A DNA stretch of 64,000 nt, taken from positions 248,001-312,000 of the forward strand of contig JAAOMT010000599.1 in assembly GCA_016748015.1 (NCBI GenBank), read 5' to 3'. Under the pieces are notes generated by a model. It searched no databases. It was not told the origin of the DNA and saw only the letters and a program-made list of their open reading frames with translations. Below are positions 54,411-64,000 of this stretch, piece after piece; position 1 is the first letter of the stretch, and every line of letters starts with the position of its first letter. Origin of the DNA: Geosiphon pyriformis uo1. Taxonomy: Eukaryota; Fungi; Glomeromycota. The position numbers were made by a program, and so were the translations under genes.

Positions 54411-55498
54411 CTATGTTGTGTGGTTTAGAAATCTTTAATAATAATAATATCACAAAAAAAAATCATCATCATCATTTATCATTATCAAGATGAACGCGAT
54501 ATTCCGTAATTAAAATTTTCATACTCTATATTATTCGCGCGCTTTTTTTTTTATTTTTTTTTATTTTAAATTCTTTTAATAATAGAATCTGGAAGAATAA
54601 GCATTTCATCTTGAAAATATATATATATATGATAATTTTGGAGTATTTTTCATAATTTTCATAAAAATGTAATGTAAATCTCAGTGTGAGTAATCCTTTG
54701 TTTAATGAAAATTCTCGAATGGGCATGTGCTGCTTTAAGAATTTTTTTTTTATATCAAATTAATGATGTGATCAATTATTCAATCCCCTTTTAGAAATTT
54801 CTTTTGTTCAAAAAGATCAATATTGGTAAATTTACTGGAAAGATAAAATCAGTTAGAAACAAAAATTCTTTTTCAATCAAAACATAGAATTAGGCAATGT
54901 GAACTGTGGAATTAGGAGACCCCACAACAATAGTCATCATTATCATCATCATAATTATAATAATAATAATAATAATCATTATTATCACAAACATTCAAAT
55001 GACATTTATCAATGATCATACGTTTACATTTTTTTTTATTTCATTCAATCAATTTTAATTTTCAGCAGATTTTTATAAAACTGTCAAATGGGCACCAAAA
55101 TTTTTTAAATTATTAAAGTTTGATTTCAAAGTCTTTAAATTTGAAATCAGTATTTACAACTTGACAAGAATCAAAAAGTTTAATTAAAGGAGATGTTTGG
55201 TCTTTTAACACAATCAATACATATTGATATTATGAAAAAGTTTTTTTGGGTTGTTTCAAAAGTATTCATCAAGTGAAATATTTTGTATTTTGATATAGTG
55301 TTAAAAAACTCTGTACGGTTGGAATGTTCATTTTTTTTGTTGTTGTTGTTGTTGTTATTGTTGTTGTTGTTGTTGTTGTTGTTGTGAAAAAAAAAGAGTT
55401 TTCAATACAAATAAACCATAGTTAATCTCTGAATATCATTGGAGTTTTTCAAGAGTAAAATTTACTTGTATTGGTTAATGTTGAAAATTTTTAATTTT

Positions 55499-55805
55499 TT
55501 AACAAGAAAATGAAGTATTTCGTGAAAGTCCTTTAAGTGGTGTTTGAGGTCGAGAAGAAGAACGAGATGATGAAGACATGTAAAAGAATTCTTCTTCCTC
55601 TGATTCACTTTCCTCAAAATGTGGTTCCCATTCTTCCCCTTCACTGATATTCGCCGAACTCAACGGTGTCGATAATTTTGAAGAGTGATTTTCACGAATA
55701 CCTTCCATTAAATTGAAACGAATTGCGGAAGAAACACGACGAATAAATCCTGGTGATTTATTTGAAGATTCATCTTTGGTGGTTTGTGCTAAACGAGAGT
55801 GTTTC

Positions 55806-55856
<51 letters not shown>

Positions 55857-56470
55857 AATGAAGATAATGAAGAGGAGGATGATGAGGATGATGATAATGA
55901 AGATAATGATGATGATAATAATGATGAAGAGGAAGAATTAAATAATAATTTATGATTATTGCTAGACTGAGATTCTTCAGAGAAATTCAAGGAACTTGTT
56001 GAATATGATCGCGAATGAGTTGAGTGAAATTGAGAAAGTGATTGACCATAAGGAATTGGAGAGTTAATTATTTCTTCTGTGAGAATCACTGATTGTGGAC
56101 GACTATTTCCTGAAATACTACTACTATCACAAGATGAAATGGAAGAGATAGAATTTGAACGAGATCTCAAGTAAGTATCAAAAGCGGGAGGTTGACGAAG
56201 TTGTTTCTTCAAATGTTTTCTTCGACGACGTTCATTTTGTTCTTGTTGTTGAATAGCGAGAAAGACTGAGTGTGTTGGAGAGGAAGAATAACCTGACCAT
56301 GGCGATGGTGATGGCGATGATGATAACGACGACGACGACGATGGTGACGAGATATTATTATTATTGGAAATTTTTGAAAGTGTTGCATACGCGGAATCAG
56401 GAACATTATAGTTCTTGTTCGAGTGAAAACTATTATAAGATTGATTTTCGAATGATGTAAGCCCTACCAT
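55499..56470 (-). CDS. Uncharacterised Ser-rich disordered protein, paralog C (323 aa from ATG 56470, intronless)
   Basis: Motifs SSPTHSVFL, LRQPPAFDTYL and EEEEFFYM. Poly-Ser tracts are encoded by TCA repeats. The ORF-track start at 56593 is a non-ATG codon. Confidence 0.8.
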
Positions 56471-56789
56471 TTTTGATGAAATTTTTTGGGGAATAGTATA
56501 AAATAAAATGAAAAATTTGATATATAGGTAAATTTGTTTAATTGAAAATATTTTCAATGTGACGAAGAATAATATTTCGCGATTGTTTTTCAAAAAAAAA
56601 AAAAAAAAAAAGAAATTCTCGAATTTGAGAAGATTATTTGGAATGGTAGTTTTTGGTAGTGAGAGTTGTAATGAGATGAGAGGAAATAGAGGACCTATTT
56701 ATTTAGAATTCAAAGTCTGATATTAAACACCCCTTGAAAACTGTTACGGTCGATTCCGACATAATCCTCCATATTCCGACCGTCACTTC

Positions 56790-56820
<31 letters not shown>

Positions 56821-57324
56821 TATTATTAATAAAAAAAATATACATAATTTTAAACTAGCTTATTTATTTTATTCATTTTATATATAGAATGAATTTTTTT
56901 TTTTTCATTTTTAAATCATTTTTCATTGAAATAAAATTCTCTATTTATTATCAGTAATGCACATAGTACACTGCTTCAATAAACCTTTTTAACCATAATA
57001 TGTATAAATTTTCTATTATACGACAACAAAGCAACCACACTATTTGTGAGAATATGTGTGTGATGTGTGTTTATGTTGTATGTGCTGCTTTTCCTTTCCT
57101 TTCCCCCCCCCCCCCTTCAAGCTTCACCAATTTCGGTTAAATTGCGTAAAAAAGCTTTTATTGTTAATCTACTTTTTAATAAGTTTTAATTTAGTGTATA
57201 TTTTATTCTTCAGAAAAAAAACGTTTGTTTGATAGTGTTTCACCGAATACGACCAATAGGTCATTCACTGCATATTGTCGATTGTTATTTCTTTCGCGTA
57301 CTTCGTTTTTAGGCTATAAAGTTT

Positions 57325-57360
<36 letters not shown>

Positions 57361-57857
57361 CTTTTTTTATTTTTAATGACAGATGATCTTTTGTGATATG
57401 AAACAAAAGGTGATATCAAAATTTCGAAAAGTGATATTAATTTTAGGTTTAGTTCCTTGTGATCGGTTACAAGGTGATTTTTTAAAAATTTTTAGGTTTA
57501 GGTAGGTGATATTAGTTGAAAAAAAAAAAAAAAAAACTAGGCAGACGATGATTTCCCTTCCAACACACACACACACACACACTAATTTCATCGACATTTC
57601 TTTTAAATAAATACATTTTCTTAATTTCCGTGAGAAATGATACCATGACATTTTTTTTTTGTTTCAAATCCTAATTGATTAGCAAAATAAGATACCAAAA
57701 AAATAAGGTATTCTTTAAACATTTGAAAAAACAAATATATACATATATATAATTTTTAATTAATTAATTAATTAATTATTAACATAAACCCTTAATTATT
57801 TTGAAGTTTTAAATAGTAAAAATTATTTTTATATTATAATTACAATATCTTCCCAAC

Positions 57858-57893
<36 letters not shown>

Positions 57894-59314
57894 GATATTT
57901 GACTTTGGAAAAAAATTTGAAAAGTACTTTAAAGAACAATTTGAAATCAAAATATCAAACATCCTGACTCCATTGATCACAAGATTCAAATCTTTAGAGG
58001 AATAACGATACATGGAAAATGAATTTTAAAATGTTGGAATTCGGATAATTTTGAAAAAAAAAGTTTGGAATTTCTTGACTTTCGACATCTATTTATCTAA
58101 CTAACTAACTAACTATCTATTAATTCATTTATTCATTCATTCATACATTCATACATTTCACCGCGATACACGAAAACCCGAATTTATCTTTGCATCATAA
58201 AAAAAGTTGAATCATGCAGAATGATCAATGCACACCCTTCTTTTACGTTGGAACCACAACAACAACCTGCAATCAAAAATTTTTGTTGCTCGATTTTAAA
58301 TTTTATACGTGGAAAAAAGGTTAAAAAAAAAACAATAATCATCAAAATGATGAGATTACTAATTAGTATTTCAATACTCTATGAATGACAAAAATTAATG
58401 ATTTATTACATCATAGATCAATCAGAATGTTCGATATCGAAATAGATCAAAAAAAAAATTTTTTTTTTTTAAATTGGGGGTATCACAAATTCATAATTTT
58501 TAAAAGAAAAATTATATTTTCTCGAAAAGATTTAGGTAATGGGTCAAAATTTTTAAAGAATACAATTGTTTCAAAAAATCATCAATTGGGAGATCTTGGG
58601 TTTTAGATTTTAATTTAATAAATTTTGTTTTTCTATTCACTAATTCAATAGTTGCTTTATTCGAAAATATTATTTATTTATCTTAAACATTCTCTATAAA
58701 AATGTAATAAATGTAGTACATACAGAATTAACTGTATAGTTTATGCATATTTAGCATATTTGCGTTATTTCTTATGCCTGTTCCTTCATTAATGTCAATC
58801 GAATTGCCTAGAACAATAATAATAATAAAAAAATATAAGATAAATTTATTATTTTTCATTGTGAAGATGATTTTAAATTAAAAAGTTTTTCCTAGTGTCA
58901 CCGCCTTTTCACCTTTAAAATTTTATTATTTTGGATTACATTTATTAGCATAATAGTAATTTGCATATAGGTATTATGTAAAATAAAATAAAATAAAATA
59001 AAATAAAATATAAGGGATAAAACTCTTTGATTTTTAATTTTAAACCGAATTCTACGACAGAACACTGTAATTAGTCCCTTCAGATCAAACAACAAAAAGT
59101 GAAAACTGTAAAAAAATAGGGAGAGAATAATAACAAATGTGACAGGAATTATTAAAGTCTTTTCCTTTTTCTTTTTTCTTTTTTTTTGTTTGTTTGTTTC
59201 GCAATTCAACACGTGGACAAACTTTTTGAATGATTGTTTTCATTGATCATATATTACGATTTAGAAAATGTTAAAGCTGTCAAATTTTTGAAATGTCAAC
59301 CATCATTATCATCA

Positions 59315-59355
<41 letters not shown>

Positions 59356-60637
59356 GTCATCGATTTCTGTTTATTCTTTATGAATTTGGCTAGTTCATGC
59401 CAGGGAAATCAAAGCAAAAATAAATTCTTAATATAGTCATGACTTTCCATTTCATTACACGTCATCTCTTGTTCTAAGCTATTTAATACCTATAGTAATC
59501 AAAATTTGGTAGAATTTTGATCTATCTGTTTTGCAACAAATTGAAATGAAAAAAATAACCATAGAATTTTCCCTTTAATCCTCGAAAATTCGGATAATAT
59601 ACCTTTTACCACAAGCCATAACAGAGACAATGAAGAATTTTTTCAAAAAGAAAATACAGTGTCATGCATATATTCATCATGGAGTTTCACGTTTCATTTC
59701 GTTAACGCGTGAATCAAAAAAGGATCCGATGTTCAAATATTGTTACTATTTTAATACTTATCCAAGCATTGTTCGTGATCATCATCGTTGTCGCGTCGTT
59801 GTTATCGCTGTCATCGTTGTGATCGTTTTTGAAAAAGGATGAAAATCTTTTCTAGGTATAGATAATTTTGAAATTGTCTTAAATTAAAAATATTTAATGA
59901 AACTCATATCTTTTGATCCTATTTCTCAATGAAATTGGTTATCTTATTTCAATGTTTCAATGTTTCAATGTTATATATTTGTTTTTTTTCTTTATTTAAA
60001 ATTTATTGTAATAATAATTTCAATGTTTGAAATCTTTTTCAAATGACAATATTAACAAGAGTGATTTTTTTATTTTTTTGGATTTGCTGTCTAAAAATAA
60101 CATTAGTTTAATTAAGAATTGATAAATTTAAATGAAAAAATGTATTCGATGATAAGTGTTTTTATTTACCTAATTAGATGATTTAAAGCAATATCCAATG
60201 AATATAACTAGTTGTCACATTTCTTACATTTTGAGAATTATTGTGATTTCAAGTTTTTTATCAGGTTGTTATCATCAAACCAAATTTATCGGCTACCAGC
60301 TCTTTATTTGCAAATGAATCTTTAAGCTTTCTAAATAAAATCCAAAAAATACAAGCAATAAATTATAAATATGAATTCATAATAAACAAAAAAAAAATTT
60401 CATTAAGGATCCAAACAAATAATACTCGATCATTATCAATCGATTTATTATGATTTCTTAATATTCGTTCTGTTGATTTTTTTGGTTCTTGAATAAAAAT
60501 GTGTTTTTTTTCACTAACGAATTAGTGAATTGGTTTGAAAAGAAAGCAGATCTAAAAAAAATCCTTTTAAATTTCGATGACTTATATTGAATGAACCCAA
60601 ATTTGTGATTGAAAATCATTTTTTTTTTTTTTTTTTT

Positions 60638-60657
60638 NNNNNNNNNNNNNNNNNNNN
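60638..60657. other. Small assembly gap within poly-T
   Basis: N run. Confidence 1.
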
Positions 60658-60717
60658 TTTTTTTTTTTTTTTTTTTTTCGGATAAAGTACCTCGGTAATT
60701 GGTTAAAAAGCATGAGA

Positions 60718-60750
<33 letters not shown>

Positions 60751-60799
60751 GTTATTATTGCTGTTGTTGTTGTTTTTGTTGTTTTTGTTATTACTACAT

Positions 60800-60864
<65 letters not shown>

Positions 60865-60876
60865 GTTATTATCATT
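60718..60876. repeat. Compound (ATT)n/(GTT)n microsatellite
   Basis: Seen directly; one of many (ATT)n tracts in 38-64 kb. Confidence 0.9.
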
Positions 60877-62770
60877 CTTCTCATATATTTTTTTTATGTA
60901 ATTTCAATCACACGATAACTTTTTGACCCGGTTCATTAAAACTTGGAATTAGATAATCGAATACTTTGTTGTATTTGTATAAAAAAAATTTTTTTGCTTT
61001 AGAATTTCAATATTATTGTGATCCTTTAAAATAACCTATGAAATCGCATTTAAACATGAATCGATCTTGAAATGTAATAGTTGAGCGAATTTGATGAAAT
61101 TTGATGAATCTGAATTAATGGTAAATCGTCTTTTTTTTTCAAATAATATTTTTAAGTTTTAAGGGGTTGTTTTATTCTTGTTGATTTTGAATTCGAAAAT
61201 GGAAGGTTTTTTTTTGATTTTTTATACTATAATAATAATTATCATTAAAGAATTTCAAGCACACAGGATCATCAATCGTACTTATACGCTTGTCAGTCGA
61301 TCATTGACGATTTATCGGCAAGTTACGCGTTTTTTATTTACAAATATAACCTAGCAACGATAGCTTTGAGCCATGATCACGATAAAATATGGCAAGTATA
61401 TTGAAACTTTTTAAATTATAACTAACGCGCTATAACTCGACAAAACATTCCGTAAAAAACAAAAGGATCTCAAAATTTACATCATTTTTCTACACCTTTC
61501 TATTAATGATAGGGATTCAGCTTTTGAAACAAATAATCACATGAAGTAAAATAACAAATTTGGTAATATCATGAATACCGTAAAAAAATTTTGGAATATA
61601 TATTATTTTGATTTTTCCGAGATACAATCATCGAGAATTATAATAAAAAATCAACCGATTTAATTTTAAACTAGAAAAAAAAAAAACAATTAATTTCCAT
61701 TACCAATTTCATGATAGATGGAATATTCGAGTATATTTTGGTAAAAAAAGAGAAATAATGGTTAGAGAAACTGATCCGGGCGATTTAATTCCCCTTTTTT
61801 CTCGATGTTGTCATTGTTTTTTTTTGTAGCCTATTAACAAAAAAAAATTTTTTTTTTTTGATCAAAACGTGATCAAACTTTTTTTAATTTCAGAAAAGTA
61901 TAATGTGTCAAAGGTATTTTTATTTTTCCTTTGTAATCATCTACCAATTTCTTAATATAGCCACGGTAAAATCCGAAAGATATTATAATAGCTATTGTTT
62001 TTTCTAAAATCCTTAAATCTTAAAAAGGAATTAAGAGGAAAAACTTTACAAATTTTTTTTTTTTGATAATTTAGCATAATAAAGCAAGTTTTTTTTGAAG
62101 TCGTTTAAAAATTGATCACACCGAATTCATTGACCTAATTACCTCTACTCGTAATATGTAATATATAGGTAAAATAGAGATTATACTTTTTTTTTTAAGA
62201 AATAATTGACTCGATTTTTGATATCCCAAGTTCAAATCTAAAAATATTAGAATTCTTTTCTGGTTAAATATATAAATATATTGATGGTTCATTGTTTTCA
62301 TGCCCAGCTTCAAGTTTAAAAACAAATTTTCTTAGAATTCTAATTATTTTTCATTTCAATGATTCAATTCGTAAGCTTGCCTTTTTTCTCTTTAACGTGT
62401 TGATCCGATGTTTTTAAAATTCTTTGGGATCGATCGATCGATCGCAAATGAGGTTAAAAACTTTTTAGTTTTTTTAGTTTTTTAGAACGTTTTTTCAATT
62501 TAATCTTAATTATATATTTTCGATCGATTCTAATGACAAAGTTTTGATAAAACTTGAAAAAAAAAAAAAATTTTTTTCTCTTTTCCTATAGATTTTGTAT
62601 TTTTAATAAAGAATCTTAAAAGATTATTTTAACGATTGAATGAATGAATGAATGAATGAATGATTGAATGAAAAGAAAATATTAAATTCAATAAATATAA
62701 TTTTTTTACACTAATTCACATTTTTTCTTTAAATTTAAAAAAAAATTTATAGAATTAATTTAATATTCAA

Positions 62771-62825
<55 letters not shown>

Positions 62826-63327
62826 TTTTATTTTTTTTTTAAAAAAAAAATTGATATAAAATCTAAATAAATTTTAAAAAAATTCCATTTTTAACATGTA
62901 TTTCTGCAAAATTGAATTAAAACCAAAAATTTTATGTTTTATGTTTTTATGTTTTAATGTTTTAATGTTTTAATGTATAATATTTATTCATTAAAATATA
63001 TATATATATATATATTTATTTATTTATTTAATGATTTACTAAAATTCTTTTAATACTTTTATTTTTTAATTAAATTAAAAATATATATATATTTATACTT
63101 TTTTATCAAACGATGATACAAATAATTATCTTTTTTAAAAAGTCCAAAAGTTCATTTTTATCAAAAAATACTTTCTCAATTCCTGAGTGAAAAAGATACC
63201 CTTAGAAAAAACTTTTTTTTATTTTTTTTTTCGTGGTAAAAAATGGGGGTTTTTTTTTCTAAATATTTGTCATTGTTTTTGCAATTATCATTATTTTTAT
63301 TTTTATTTTTTTGGTAAAAAACGTATT

Positions 63328-63359
<32 letters not shown>

Positions 63360-64000
63360 GAAAATAATAAATAGATTCAGTTCACTTTTTTGATGTGAAG
63401 AAACAAACCCACAGACCTATTGTTAAAAAATCTTTTTTTATTTTTTATTTTTTTCAATGAAATTACCAATTCAGTTTGGATTAAATTTACCAACCAACCA
63501 ACCAACCAACCAACCAACTAATCAATAAACCAGTATTCAAATTTTTTCTCAAGTGTCTTTTACATCGAAAGATTCTCGATTAATCATAAGTCGGGAAATC
63601 AACCTGTTATCATCGATACCAAATATTATTTTATTATTCCTACACGAGCAACTAAAAACACTGCTATAGGAAAAAAAAATCACATTCAAGAACAATCTAA
63701 CAACAATCTAGGAATTTCTAATTAAAAAAAGATCAAAAAATAATAATAATCAAATATTTTGTAAATAGACGAAAAACTCATTAAATCAAAATCCGAAAGT
63801 GACGAGATTTATTTTTTATTTTGATCGAACAAATAAACGCCTCAATCAATGACGAGCCCTTTTTATTAAGATCTAGAGTACCAAGAATTTATGTCCTACC
63901 CTCTTACTAATATTCCGCCTATTATTTACACACACGCACTCAAATTTTTCCCCCAAAAAAAGAAACCAAACTAAATCAAAAGAAAATTACTTTTGGTCCC

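Noticed and set aside
56471-56593. Hydrophobic N-terminal extension of paralog C in the ORF track
   Set aside because: Starts at TTG, has AT-rich UTR-like composition and is absent from paralogs A and B.
39368-63393. Poly-I/Y/N/K/M/C small ORFs (e.g. 39368, 42671, 42721, 43156, 51930, 54263, 55713, 60582-60926)
   Set aside because: Translations of microsatellites or the antisense of paralog C.

Overview
Eukaryotic, intron-rich, AT-rich fungal DNA. An early-diverging (Mucoromycota/Glomeromycotina-like) origin is inferred from gene style, not proven. Bases 1-34.5 kb hold housekeeping genes: MET5 sulfite reductase beta (5'-truncated), a membrane-anchored GH18 chitinase, CCT3 head-to-head with the mitochondrial tRNA 2-thiouridylase (MnmA/SLM3), a hexapeptide O-acetyltransferase, PPX1, a class IV-type chitin synthase and a spliced gene resembling Integrator subunit INTS14 that the ORF track only catches in fragments. 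Two blocks of extremely AT-rich decayed transposon DNA interrupt them; one is a readable FAR1/MULE transposase riddled with C>T/G>A changes. After an assembly gap come a decayed Fanzor/TnpB nuclease with a 3' hairpin and a ~27 kb microsatellite-rich gene desert. The only intact genes I can find in the desert are three intronless paralogs of an unrecognised family of disordered Ser-rich proteins. They share ordered short motifs (SSPTHS[IV]FL; LR[KQ]Pxx[SA]-type FDxYL; acidic tract + F[LIF][FY][IM], a putative Atg8-interacting motif). This family is the best candidate for an undescribed system. All homology calls come from recalled motifs, not database searches.
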